IMG/VR virus record: IMGVR_UViG_3300032236_001802
Coordinates: 1 to 64,000 of that record
Origin: a virus
Length of the DNA: 64,000 nt
Strand: one strand, 5' to 3'
Part shown: positions 36,253 to 46,400 of the stretch, one piece after another
How positions within the stretch are numbered: position 1 is the stretch's first letter
How the letters are laid out: each line of letters starts with the position of its first letter
Position numbers and translations under genes: made by a program
The notes under the pieces: model-generated
Databases searched by the model: none
Told to the model about the DNA's origin: nothing
Seen by the model: only the letters and a program-made list of their open reading frames with translations

Positions 36253-37414
36253 GTTTCGCCCCTCCCATCAAAAGCTGGCGGGCCACATTACGAGCGGCTG
36301 CGATCGCTTCTGAATCAGGGGGGGAATGCTTGGGCGGCGGTTCACTGGGTTCGGCAAACTGCGGGGAAACCGCATCAGCCTTTCGTTTTTCGATCTGACT
36401 TGCATGACTCCAGTAGTCAAGCAAGTCCTGTCGGGCTTTCAGCGCTTCGGTTCCATAATGATTGCGGGCGGCGCTTTCCAGTCTGCGGAGATGCTTGGAA
36501 ATAGCGACCTTATTGATTGAGCCGTTCGGGAGAGTGAATCCCGGCAATCCGTTCATGATTTCATGCACGGCTTCAATCATTCCATCTGAAAAGCTCATCA
36601 ACCCAGCCCGCCAAGGGGCCTTCTCCAGATCCCAAAAAGAGCTTTTAATATTTTCCTGACTGGGAATTATTTGCGGATTCTGAGCGGGGTTTATTGGAGC
36701 CTCTAAGGCGGTTGCTATCTGTTGGGGGTTAGATATATCCATTGGGGCACTGTCCGTTGGTTTTTGAGGGTGTTTTGTTGGGCTTACAGCATCGCCCGCT
36801 GTGGGGTTGCTATCTGGATCTACGCGATCGCGGTTCGGATCATCCCGCGATCGCGTAGCGACAAGGGGGGGATCTGGGGCCGCTGGATCCGCGCCTGGTA
36901 CTGCCTCCGCTACTGATCCCTCTACTGTAGATACTGTATATATAGAGGGCTTGGTAAATTTACCAAGGTAGGTCGGTAAATTTACCAAGGTAGGGTCGGT
37001 AAATTTACCAAGGGGGTCGGCATTTTTACCAAGGGGGGGGTCGGTAAATTTACCAAGGTCATCCAAGAGATTTTTCCGGCTAAGGAAATAGACCTTTGCA
37101 GCACCGTCCGCTTTACTTCCCTTGGCGGAAATGTAGGTTTTATCCTGCAAGATTTTAAGTTTTTGCCGGATCGTTTTTTCCCCGGAAATGCCGACAAGCA
37201 TTTCTACGATTTCGGCAATGCTGTGTGCTCCCACTGGAATCACAGCCTTTTCCGCCAGTTTTGGATTTAAGGCGATCGCACCGTTGGCCCAGTACTCGAA
37301 AAGCCCTAAAAGTGCGGCGGCGGTGGTATCTCTGTTCATCAATTCCCAGTAGTCCAGGTGGACCACTGCGATTCGGTCGTTCGCCCGGTGAGTTATGCAT
37401 GATGTCCTAGCCAT
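36239..37414 (-). CDS. phage replication initiator (lambda O-like layout)
   Basis: Directly upstream of dnaB; N-terminal wHTH followed by intragenic iterons. Confidence 0.7.
   Translation of the reverse strand: MARTSCITHRANDRIAVVHLDYWELMNRDTTAAALLGLFEYWANGAIALNPKLAEKAVIPVGAHSIAEIVEMLVGISGEKTIRQKLKILQDKTYISAKGSKADGAAKVYFLSRKNLLDDLGKFTDPPLGKNADPLGKFTDPTLVNLPTYLGKFTKPSIYTVSTVEGSVAEAVPGADPAAPDPPLVATRSRDDPNRDRVDPDSNPTAGDAVSPTKHPQKPTDSAPMDISNPQQIATALEAPINPAQNPQIIPSQENIKSSFWDLEKAPWRAGLMSFSDGMIEAVHEIMNGLPGFTLPNGSINKVAISKHLRRLESAARNHYGTEALKARQDLLDYWSHASQIEKRKADAVSPQFAEPSEPPPKHSPPDSEAIAAARNVARQLLMGGAKHAGS
36950..37058. repeat. iteron array, probable replication origin
   Basis: Five copies of GGTCGGTAAATTTACCAAGG or variants at 36950, 36971, 36994, 37015 and 37039; palindromic core GGTAAATTTACC. 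Confidence 0.85.
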
Positions 37415-37801
37415 TTACACTGAAGCTCTGTCTATTAGTTCGCTAAGGATAGTTAGCTGAGTTGCTAACTCATTGATGCGATCGCGGCGATCGCATTTTT
37501 GAATCCATTCGATATGCTGATTGCCCCCTGGTTTTCCAATCAATCGCTGTCGGCGTTTTCCGTCTGCTTCCCAACAAAGCCGGACATAGTTATAAACCTT
37601 GTTCCGTTTTTGTTGTTGAATCTCCACTATCCAGTGTGCAGAAGGTGCGATCGCACCTTCCTCTCGGATCGCATCGATTTGATCTTGCAATTCATTGAAA
37701 GCGGCTTGCAGCAGTTGCAGATAGCTCTGCTTGCTCGGCTTACTAACGAGCCGCAGCGGTTGCACTTCGCGAGTTACCGGAACCGATACAGCAGCGGCCA
37801 T
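37415..37801 (-). CDS. hypothetical basic protein
   Basis: YNYVRL.W...RLIG motif; coupled ORF. Confidence 0.6.
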   Translation of the reverse strand: MAAAVSVPVTREVQPLRLVSKPSKQSYLQLLQAAFNELQDQIDAIREEGAIAPSAHWIVEIQQQKRNKVYNYVRLCWEADGKRRQRLIGKPGGNQHIEWIQKCDRRDRINELATQLTILSELIDRASV

Positions 37802-38001
37802 TATCCCACCAGCCTATCTTGTGGTGATTGTCCCTTGAGGACAGTCAGACTAGTGACAGATCGATCTTCTCCAAGGCGAATTGTTACCGTCATCTCGCAG
37901 CCTACATCTAGCGCCTGCTTGTAGCAGGCTCGGAGATGTCTAATCATTGCGTGTAAAGCTTTGGGTGCCCGAATTTGGCACATCTCATTATTGGGTATCA
38001 T
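37801..38001 (-). CDS. small putative regulator, first gene of the replication operon
   Basis: AGGAAA RBS; RHH-like QIRAPKALHAMIRHL. Confidence 0.5.
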   Translation of the reverse strand: MIPNNEMCQIRAPKALHAMIRHLRACYKQALDVGCEMTVTIRLGEDRSVTSLTVLKGQSPQDRLVG

Positions 38002-38157
38002 TCTTTTCCTTCCGTGTTGAACTTGGTTTTAGTGTGCCTTTTGGGCTTTACCTTGGCTTAACTATTTACTAGATAGCACTTAGCGATTACATCTGTCAAC
38101 AGGGTTCACGGTTTGTTAACAGACTAGGGTGCTGAGATACGATTAAGGGGTAGTTTC

Positions 38158-38610
38158 TTGGGGACGGTCATGCTAAATCGCCTTTGTGGAGTGCTCTTTA
38201 CTGGTTTTGTGCTGGCGTTGAATCATCCCGATCCCGCTTTCAGCCGGGACGAAAATACCATACTTGGCCGGGTGATCCTTCCGGGGAATTACTTAGGGTT
38301 GCCCAATGAGGACTGCCCTAGGAGCAAGAAGTATCCCGATCTTCAGGATGGCGGAACGGTTTTGGCGACAAATGAAGATGGGGAAATCATTGGGCGGGGT
38401 TTGCTGCTCCCAGCCTCAAACGTCCCGATCTCTCCAGAGTTATCCCAGAATCGATCACTGCAACCGATGGCATGTCATGCCCTGTTCGTGATCAAGGTTC
38501 CCAGCGCTCAAACCTACTCTTTTCAGATTGTTAGTCCCGACCTCCTGATCACCCTGCCCAGCAAATTCCTAATCGAAAAAGGATGGCGCTTGGTAATCTT
38601 TGCCAAATAG
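38158..38610 (+). CDS. secreted/periplasmic protein
   Basis: Signal-peptide-like N-terminus; Cys pair. Confidence 0.6.
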   Translation: MGTVMLNRLCGVLFTGFVLALNHPDPAFSRDENTILGRVILPGNYLGLPNEDCPRSKKYPDLQDGGTVLATNEDGEIIGRGLLLPASNVPISPELSQNRSLQPMACHALFVIKVPSAQTYSFQIVSPDLLITLPSKFLIEKGWRLVIFAK

Positions 38611-38670
38611 TAGCATACTGTAACGGTATTGTGTTACTGTTGCAGTGTTGTTAATTAGAGCACGTCAGGC

Positions 38671-39207
38671 ATGCCAAGGCCATTGAATCTTGAAAGTCCG
38701 TGGGCGGAAGCGATCGGTAGAAAAGAAGTTGACGCCATAGAGTCTTTTCAAGCGAGACTCCTAATTGTTGAAAGGGACTGTCTTGCTACCGGGTTAACGC
38801 CCCACGCCAAGGCGATTGAAAACATTGTTGCGGCATCAGAGGCAGGGTGGCAGATTGTCACCATTTACAACGACCTTGGACGCAACACAGTCGATGTTAT
38901 TGTTGACGCCCGCCAGCTTTTGCGGGTCTTAAATTGTGTTGGCGCGGCTTATGTCTGCTGTGATCCAGAGGGGTTTTACTGCTGGAATGTCCGGCAAACT
39001 CCAGGGTTTCAGGTCGTTATCAACGCTTTTTCTCTGGGGTATGAGCAAGAATCCCCACCTTTTGACTTCCTCCTCCCAGAACTGGGGATGATCCGGGCTT
39101 CTGTGCATCACGTTCAGCCCGATAGGGTTCTTCTTGTCGGTACGGATCCTGAAGTCGCACGCCGCGCTCAGGTTGCTTTCGTTGATGGTAATGATTGGAA
39201 AAATTAG
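38671..39207 (+). CDS. degenerate HAD-like protein
   Basis: PELGMI...VLLVG...ARRAQVAF as in GmhB-like HADs, but DxD is replaced (IVERD). Confidence 0.45.
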   Translation: MPRPLNLESPWAEAIGRKEVDAIESFQARLLIVERDCLATGLTPHAKAIENIVAASEAGWQIVTIYNDLGRNTVDVIVDARQLLRVLNCVGAAYVCCDPEGFYCWNVRQTPGFQVVINAFSLGYEQESPPFDFLLPELGMIRASVHHVQPDRVLLVGTDPEVARRAQVAFVDGNDWKN

Positions 39208-39215
39208 GAGCACAA

Positions 39216-39740
39216 ATGGCAACACTATTTGAAATTGGCAAAGACCTGCAAAATCTGGAAGATGCGATCGGGAAGATTGCAGACGCCCCGCAAGAATTTC
39301 AGGAGCAACTTGAAGCGGTTTTCCTGGACATGAAAAACGCTTCTGAAGAAGAGCTACGCAAAAAACTGGACAGCTACGCTAACTTAATCGCTCAATTGCA
39401 AACCTTTCAGGAGATCCGGCGAAAAGAGGCGGCGCGGTTAAACACCCTGGCCGCAGGCGATGCTATAACAGCAGCCACGCTGCAAGCACGATTAAAAGAT
39501 TTCATGATCGCGATGGGTTACAGAAAGCTTCAATCTAATTTTCATAAATTCTCAGTCGTTAAAAACGGCGGACTTGCACCGCTTATTTACGATGAAATTG
39601 ATCCGGCAGATCTGCCGCCAAACCTCCAAAAGACAACTGTGCAGCTAGATAAAGCTGCCCTTAGGGATATGTTGGAAGGCGGGGTTGAATTAGAGTGGGC
39701 CAAGCTCGGAGAAAGAGGCTCGTCAGTTCGGATTAGCTGA
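39216..39740 (+). CDS. Siphovirus Gp157 family protein
   Basis: TLFEI...KLDSYA...EAARL...KNGG..PL...DKAAL...L.ERG.SVRI. Confidence 0.85.
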   Translation: MATLFEIGKDLQNLEDAIGKIADAPQEFQEQLEAVFLDMKNASEEELRKKLDSYANLIAQLQTFQEIRRKEAARLNTLAAGDAITAATLQARLKDFMIAMGYRKLQSNFHKFSVVKNGGLAPLIYDEIDPADLPPNLQKTTVQLDKAALRDMLEGGVELEWAKLGERGSSVRIS

Positions 39741-39798
39741 TTTCAATTGAATTAGGAAATCAATAAGTAACTCAATTAGCAATCAATAGAGGTCAAAG

Positions 39799-40653
39799 AT
39801 GTACGTTGTTTTGATGATGGGAATCCCCGGCAGTGGGAAAACAACTCGCGCTAAAGAATTAGTGGCCGCTCACGGCTTGATCCGAGTCAATAAAGACGAT
39901 ATTCGCGCAATGATGGGCCTACCCTATTCCACTGAAATGGAAAAGATTGTCCGATCTGCCCACTCACAGGCGATCGTCGCAGCTTTGCGTAACGGGTTTT
40001 CTGTTGTTGTTGATGATGCCTCAAACCTCAAAGAATGGACTCGTAAGGAGATCCAATCCTTGATCCGCACCGTGGAAAACTCAAACCCTGAGTACGGGCA
40101 AATTGAAATGATTCTCAACGAAGAATGCTTAAACACTCCCATTGAAGAGTGTATTAAGCGTGATCTTCAGCGTCCAAATTCTGTAGGTGAAGCAGTTGTC
40201 CGCCATTGGGCCGATCGCTATCTCCCCAAACCCACGGCATACCAGCACAAGCCAGGGCTAAAGTCTGCGATCGTTGTGGACATTGACAACTGCTTGGCAA
40301 TAACTGGGAACCGTGGTCCTCTGGATTACGCTGCCGCAGGCAATGACAAAGTTAATCCGCCCATTGCTCATCTGCTTAAAGCAGTTGACGGCGATGTTAT
40401 TTTACTCACGGGCCGCGAAGAATCTGGCCGCGAAGTGCTGGAAGAATGGCTAGATAAGAACCTCATCGTTCACTCTGGCATCCTGTTCATGCGCCCAAAT
40501 GGCGATCGCACTCCGGCACCTAAATTCAAAAAGCAAGTGATTGAGGATACGATCCTCAATCACTGGAATGTGGAATTGGTAGTAGATGATGATCCAACAG
40601 TGATTGAACTTTGCAAGCTCTGGGGAATCCCCTCATTAAAGGTGACGCTATGA
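39799..40653 (+). CDS. polynucleotide 5'-kinase/3'-phosphatase (T4 PseT-like)
   Basis: GIPGSGKTT, RVNKDDIR, HAD DIDNCL, LTGR, MRP..D, VDDD. Confidence 0.88.
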   Translation: MYVVLMMGIPGSGKTTRAKELVAAHGLIRVNKDDIRAMMGLPYSTEMEKIVRSAHSQAIVAALRNGFSVVVDDASNLKEWTRKEIQSLIRTVENSNPEYGQIEMILNEECLNTPIEECIKRDLQRPNSVGEAVVRHWADRYLPKPTAYQHKPGLKSAIVVDIDNCLAITGNRGPLDYAAAGNDKVNPPIAHLLKAVDGDVILLTGREESGREVLEEWLDKNLIVHSGILFMRPNGDRTPAPKFKKQVIEDTILNHWNVELVVDDDPTVIELCKLWGIPSLKVTL

Positions 40654-40841
40654 GTCAAGTCTTAAACCCATCAGATAATCGGCGCTTTTTGGTTTCAGTG
40701 CAGGGCAAAAAGCAATATTTTAAGCATAAGGTAAGCGCCCAAATGGCTTACCAATGCGCCCACGGCTATGTAAGTCTTTGGAGTGCTGCCGGGTCCGGCT
40801 GGCACCTAGAACAAAGCAAAGGGGGACCGATAAAGGTATGA
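40650..40841 (+). CDS. hypothetical protein
   Basis: ATGA-coupled on both sides. Confidence 0.55.
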   Translation: MSQVLNPSDNRRFLVSVQGKKQYFKHKVSAQMAYQCAHGYVSLWSAAGSGWHLEQSKGGPIKV

Positions 40842-41347
40842 ATCCATTGAAATTTGGCACGAAGTTTGAAGTAGTTGTGTCCGCAGGGTTGATCGTAGAA
40901 ATTTATGAGCTACTGGAACAGGCAATGGATCAACTTGCCCAAAATGCTGAAAGGGGAGTAATTGATAGCGAGAAGGCAATATTTGCGATCGCCGTGAAAA
41001 TCATCGCTACCCTGGCAAACCAGTTCACAGCGGTTTCAATTGAAAAGCCCGCGCTCAATGAGTTGACCGATGCAGTTATTTTTTCAAATACCTGTTGCCG
41101 CAGCAATTCAGTTACCGTGGGGCACAATCCCCGCCATGGCCCCGTGTACCGCTGTGGACACTGTAAAAGCTATTGGGCTATAAACTCTAATCGGCTTTGG
41201 CAGGCTGTTGACGAGCCATTTAATCCCGCAGATCCAGGGATGGGACTATCACAGGTTTTCTTTGGATCTGGTGAACTAGGGTTAGGAAACGCCCTGGCTC
41301 TGGGTTCGCAGTTTGGAACATTGCTTTTAGGGGTCGATTTGGGATGA
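40838..41347 (+). CDS. hypothetical protein with Zn ribbon
   Basis: CC.S...YRCGHC. Confidence 0.55.
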   Translation: MNPLKFGTKFEVVVSAGLIVEIYELLEQAMDQLAQNAERGVIDSEKAIFAIAVKIIATLANQFTAVSIEKPALNELTDAVIFSNTCCRSNSVTVGHNPRHGPVYRCGHCKSYWAINSNRLWQAVDEPFNPADPGMGLSQVFFGSGELGLGNALALGSQFGTLLLGVDLG

Positions 41348-41625
41348 ATACAGAACCGCTTTACAAAATCACCGCAGCTATGAGCGACATCCTTTCGGAG
41401 GACTCCAACCGGGTCCGTCAATGGCTCCCCCTGCACTTTAACCGGGCGATCGCGATCGTCCGGTTGCTAGAGGACGGGAAGCCGCGAACATCACGGCAGA
41501 TTGCCGATGATTTGGAGCTTTCCAAAGGGGTCACCGTTCAGCTCCTAAACGCGATCGCCAAAGGTTACCCAGCCTTAAACCAACTGGGAAGAAAAACAAA
41601 GCTATGGAGCATCACTAAACCCTAA
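41344..41625 (+). CDS. winged-HTH protein
   Basis: TSRQIADDLELSKGVTVQLL. Confidence 0.65.
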   Translation: MNTEPLYKITAAMSDILSEDSNRVRQWLPLHFNRAIAIVRLLEDGKPRTSRQIADDLELSKGVTVQLLNAIAKGYPALNQLGRKTKLWSITKP

Positions 41626-42488
41626 TGACAGACTCAAACCAACAACCCGATTTAATCGTTCTGATCAACCAAATGCAGGCGATCAACGCACAACTCAAGC
41701 AAATCAGAGGATTGCTTGAACCCAAGGATCTGGGATTCTGCGAAAGCCCCTATGTCAGGCGACTGTACTGCAACACCCAGTACAGTAATCCTGATGGCAC
41801 CGGATGTTTATACACATGGAATGGGGCTATCAACAAACCGGAAATCATCCCCCATACCGCGATAAGATTTCTGCTAAAAAAAGTAGAGATTGAACCGGGT
41901 GAATACAAGGGCAAAGACAACACGAAGTTAATCCTAGTGATTGACACAGGTAATTGTCATTACCGCCTAACAATGAGCATTAATAAAACCACCGCCAAAT
42001 GTGCCCTAGGTGGTTTAACAGTCGCCGATCTGAATCAACCCATTACCTTTTCGTTTCGCGCAGGCGATCGCGAAGAAAATGCCCTCATTTGTGATGTATG
42101 GCAGAACGGTGAAAAGCTATTTTTTGAGAACCCTGACAAGGTTCCCGCCAGTAGATTGATCCAGGCAATTGCCGACAGGCTCAACCAAACTGAGCTAATC
42201 GCCAAACCGGAAACCCAACCTGAAGCCAGTCAACCATCTGGGGAAGTTCCTCAGATAGAACCTGAGCTAGAACCCGCCAGCACCCAAACCGAACCAGAAG
42301 ATCTGTCAGAGTTGATTGCCCAGATCTCGGTATTGATGCAGGCAATTCACTGGAGCGCGAACCGTGGGCGATCGCACATCCTAGCCACCTACGGCAAAAA
42401 GAGCCGCGCAGAGCTGACCCACGATCAACTGGTAGAGTTTGCCAAATACCTAGAGAACCTACGGGATAATCCGCCAAAGGTTCTCTGA
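41625..42488 (+). CDS. hypothetical protein, possibly ssDNA-binding/recombination
   Basis: OB-like core; C-terminal W...GR..L..YGKKSR..LT..L motif seen in cyanobacterial phage/plasmid proteins. Confidence 0.5.
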   Translation: MTDSNQQPDLIVLINQMQAINAQLKQIRGLLEPKDLGFCESPYVRRLYCNTQYSNPDGTGCLYTWNGAINKPEIIPHTAIRFLLKKVEIEPGEYKGKDNTKLILVIDTGNCHYRLTMSINKTTAKCALGGLTVADLNQPITFSFRAGDREENALICDVWQNGEKLFFENPDKVPASRLIQAIADRLNQTELIAKPETQPEASQPSGEVPQIEPELEPASTQTEPEDLSELIAQISVLMQAIHWSANRGRSHILATYGKKSRAELTHDQLVEFAKYLENLRDNPPKVL

Positions 42489-42494
42489 ATCTCT

Positions 42495-42524
42495 TCTCAC
42501 CCGTTTAACGTTAAACGGGTGAGA
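42495..42524. repeat. perfect 30-bp palindrome; TCTCACCC-N14-GGGTGAGA copy 2
   Basis: TCTCACCCGTTTAAC|GTTAAACGGGTGAGA, between convergent operons. Confidence 0.9.
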
Positions 42525-42527
42525 GTG

Positions 42528-42956
42528 TTAAATTGCAGCCACCGCGCCAAAGAAGTCAAAGATCTTCGGAACCCCACCCTCAACCGCGATCGGCGTAGTA
42601 AAGGTGGCCAACCCGATCAGCATCCCCAGGGTTGAGCCAGCGGTAGAGCTGCCCCCAACAACGACAAATGCCTGCTTGATTGACAGGCTTGTTTCCCATG
42701 AAATTGTCCACAGAACGTCTGTGGACTCCCATTGATTAGTGTCGATGTTCCAGCCCCCATAGGTTGGAGCCTCTGCTCCTAACCGGCTCCATCCTTCGGC
42801 TCTATATTCAGCTAAGGCGATCGCCTCGTAACTGGCATCTGCTGCGACCTCATTACCATTTAAGATGATGCCCAAGTAAAGGCCGTTCTCTAGGACGGCC
42901 CGTTGCATTGCCCAGCCTAAAAACTGCTGGCTAACTACTAAGCTTGCCGTTGGCAT
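42528..42956 (-). CDS. virion structural protein, paralog of 42958-43401
   Basis: Shares LGIIL.G, AEY...GW.R, SIKQ and TFTTPIAV with its neighbour. Confidence 0.65.
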   Translation of the reverse strand: MPTASLVVSQQFLGWAMQRAVLENGLYLGIILNGNEVAADASYEAIALAEYRAEGWSRLGAEAPTYGGWNIDTNQWESTDVLWTISWETSLSIKQAFVVVGGSSTAGSTLGMLIGLATFTTPIAVEGGVPKIFDFFGAVAAI

Positions 42957-42957
42957 T

Positions 42958-43401
42958 TTAGACCTCTGCAAAAATGGATAGGGCACAGTCAATTTGAGTA
43001 GTTTCCCCATCTGCCACGGCGATCGGCGTGGTAAAGGTACTCAATCCGGCAAAGGTTCCAGTCGTATTTCCGGGCGTTGTGCTGCCGTCAATGATGATAA
43101 AAAACTGTTTGATTGAGAATCCGCCCGTGGGACCAATCACGTCCCAGCTAACTGTGGGAACGTCAAATTCTAAGTTTGGAGCATCCCACGCCCCCGAAGT
43201 TGAAAAGGATATTGTTGGCCGCAGCCAGCCGCCTGCCGCATACTCTGCGGCGATCGCGTCATTGGATGCTGTGTAATGAATCGTTGGTGACACATCATCA
43301 CCATCCAAGATGATGCCCAACCGTAGATCTTTCCCTTCAAGTGCCAAACCCACAACATAATTAGAAAAGTCGGGACCAATCAGAAAGTTTGCCGTTGCCA
43401 T
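42958..43401 (-). CDS. virion structural protein
   Basis: Follows gpJ; beta-rich; tandem paralog. Confidence 0.65.
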   Translation of the reverse strand: MATANFLIGPDFSNYVVGLALEGKDLRLGIILDGDDVSPTIHYTASNDAIAAEYAAGGWLRPTISFSTSGAWDAPNLEFDVPTVSWDVIGPTGGFSIKQFFIIIDGSTTPGNTTGTFAGLSTFTTPIAVADGETTQIDCALSIFAEV

Positions 43402-43408
43402 AGTGCTC

Positions 43409-46400
43409 CTAAAGTGCGTCGATCAGATTTTGCGCGGCGGTTTGCAGAGCCGCGATCTCGCTGGGTGTTTTACCGCTCCCAGCAATGACGAGAGTATGCC
43501 GTCTTGATGAATTGAGCGAACTTGGCCCAGATAACCCACCCTGAAAGCTGACCAGAGATCCCAACCCAGACGAATCAAAGGAGTTTGTATCCGTGGTTGC
43601 ATCGATCTGAGTTGACCCAACGAAGAACCTAAAATCATTGTTGGCCGTTCGCGAAGCGCTGATCAGAGCGCTTGTAGAGCTGCTGGTGTAAGCAATGATC
43701 CGCTCTGCCCCGGTAACCCCCGGCCCCACATCCCGAAACGACGTTACATAGCAAGAATTATCGGGGAATCTATAGTACAAATGGAGCTGCCGCAAACCAG
43801 TACCCGACGCCCCGAAAACTGCCGCCGTGTTAACGCCAGAGCCGCCAATCCCCTTTAGATAAGCCCCAGCAAAAAAGCTGAATCCAGGGTGCAACGTGCC
43901 AACATCGTAGTTATGGTTAACAAAGGCATTCCCGTCCCCTAGCAGCCCAGCAGTGGCCCCTGCTTGCACGTATTGCCCAACGGTGAACCCTGAGTTCGTA
44001 GCGATCGCGTCTGAGGGGTGCCGCACTGGGACCATTAACCCGGCCATGATCTCTGTAGAGCCTGGGCCTGTAACTCCGGCGTACAAATGGATTAGATCAA
44101 GATCGATGCCATCAATCTCAGTCAGGAATGCATCGATCGCATTTAGACCGGCAACGCTAACATCTGCGCCCTGTGCCTGTACCCTGGCCTGCCAATCTAG
44201 GGTTTCCGCGCTGTACCCTGGTCCAAGCGCCGTCGTTGTTAGGGTGCCTCGCCAACCAACCCGCCCCCGTAGGGTATCAACTGAGATTGCATCTGGAGCG
44301 GTTAGGGTTCCCCGCCAGCCAATCCGCCCCCGCAGCCGGGGAACCCCAGGGCGATCGCTCAAGCTGAAACTTGTCCCGATCTGTAGCTTGATCAGGTTGA
44401 TTACTCGGATTGGCCCTGCTTCAACCCATGCTGATTCAGTTTGGGTGTAGTCGATGCTTGCCACCCGCACAAAATAGCCGCGATCGTTGAATGGTACATC
44501 CCAAGATGCTGACCGAAAGGAAACCTGCTGGGTGCCTTGCCACTCCCCCCCAAACGGTTTGTACTGAACTGTGTATCCAGTTGTGAAGTCAGAGTTTGTT
44601 GGCGGTTGCCAGATGGCGGCCAAGATCAGATTCGTTGCCGAGAAATTGTCCTCTAATGTGCCTTTAAGGTTCTGCACGGGAGGGGGAATCGCAGGAGCAC
44701 TGGGCAACGGTGGCAACGGTGGCACATAGTAATCTGTGTCAATCACGCCATACTTATCATCACGATATTCCAGCGCCGATACTTCATAGAGCAGCCCGTA
44801 TTCCCCCTGCACTCGCACGATACTAATGATCTGGTAATACCCTGGCAGAATCGTTGTGCTGGCCAGAATCCAGGGGGATTCAGATAGGGGTATATCTCCT
44901 TCAAGGGGTTGGATTGCTAGGCGATCGGTAACTGTGCCCTCCGGGGTATAAACCACCCTTTCTACAATGTTGCCGTCAGGTAGAGTCAGGGTAATGGTCA
45001 GCGGCGCATTTTGCAGAGTCACGGGCCGATCCAAGACAATTTCATTGGCAGATGCCGCAACTACCAAACCGCTATAGTTCAGGATCGAGCGCTTCACGTC
45101 CATGGTTTTGATCACTTGCCCTGGTACAGCGATCGCACCATACGGACGTAATCTGAACTGAACCAACTCCAGTTCTAATCGTTCTGAAATAATGGTGGCC
45201 CATCCAGCCCTATGGGCCTGTGTGCGCGACGTGCAACCGAACGCCGAAAGCTCATTAATCCGGCGTCCATAGAGTTCAATCCCGATGGGGTCTTCTACTA
45301 CCTCAATGGTCCTACGATAAAAATTCTCAGGGTCCAACCAAGTAACATGGGCGATCGTCCGGCGCTCCCGAATTGGAGTGCGCGACCAATTGAACATACC
45401 ATCAACGATGTCCGACTGAGTAACTACCATTGTCGGCAAGCGCTGCCGGTCTGGAGCCAGCCGAATCACGCCAGAAATCCAATAGGAGAACCCCCGGAAA
45501 ATGGAGCGCAGAGCATCGATTACCCGTGTCGCATCCTCCTTATCCTCCAGAAGCACATTGCACTGATAGCGCCGCTCATAGGTTGGTCCCTCATACCCAC
45601 CCCCGGTCCCAGGGATGGCAATCAGCTCGTTGCAGTATTTTGATAGCTCATAAATTGACCACTTATCAACGTCCTCAGCTTTGATGTACTCTCCCAACCC
45701 GTACCGATCATTGATGATCAAGTCATAGAAGATCCAAGCAGGGCAGGAGGCGGCGATCGCCGCCTCGTAAAAAGTGCCGTCCCATGTGCCCGTGTAATGC
45801 AAGCCGCGATCGACGGCGACCGCTGCATTCGATGGGATTTGCAACAACCGCCCGCCAATCTCAAAAGCCCCTTGCGGCATGGAATCGAATTGCGCCGAAT
45901 CAAACTGCAACCCGACCAGGGCGCTGTAAGGATAGCTCAAACGAGCGGCAACCACCTCGGCATAGGCTCGGAAGGAAAGAACTCTCTGATAGCGCGTTGT
46001 GTCGCTGTCCTGCGGTGTTACCCGCTCTACTCGGACGGCAAAAGTGGATACCGTGCCCCCCGCATTGTTAACGGGAAAATCATACTCAAATTCGGTCAGG
46101 CTACTGAATCGAGCCTCAATCTCTTGATCATGGCGCACAACAAACGCGCCCAAGCCTTCCTTGATCAAGATCCTGAAGTGCATTGTTACCCGCCGATAGC
46201 CGCCGTCAGGGGGAAACTCCTGCATCTGGAAACCCAATCGCACCCGAATCAGATCACAAGATGCATTCGTGAATTGTCGGGTAACTGGCAAGTTGAACTT
46301 AACCTCTTGCCCTACGCCAGTCTCCGACGTAACATCCGTGCCATACCCAGGGATCGGCTCTTGATTTCCGGTCCCCGGCCTGAAATCGTAGCTTACTCCG

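Noticed and set aside
36950-37058. CRISPR-like palindromic repeats
   Set aside because: Gaps of only 1-4 nt, located inside the initiator gene; these are iterons.
39743-39797. TCAAT repeated at 10-17 bp spacing before PNKP
   Set aside because: Too short and AT-rich to separate from chance.
42495-42524. Protelomerase (telRL) site
   Set aside because: No protelomerase was recognised in the window, and the arms recur elsewhere with non-palindromic spacers. Not fully excluded.
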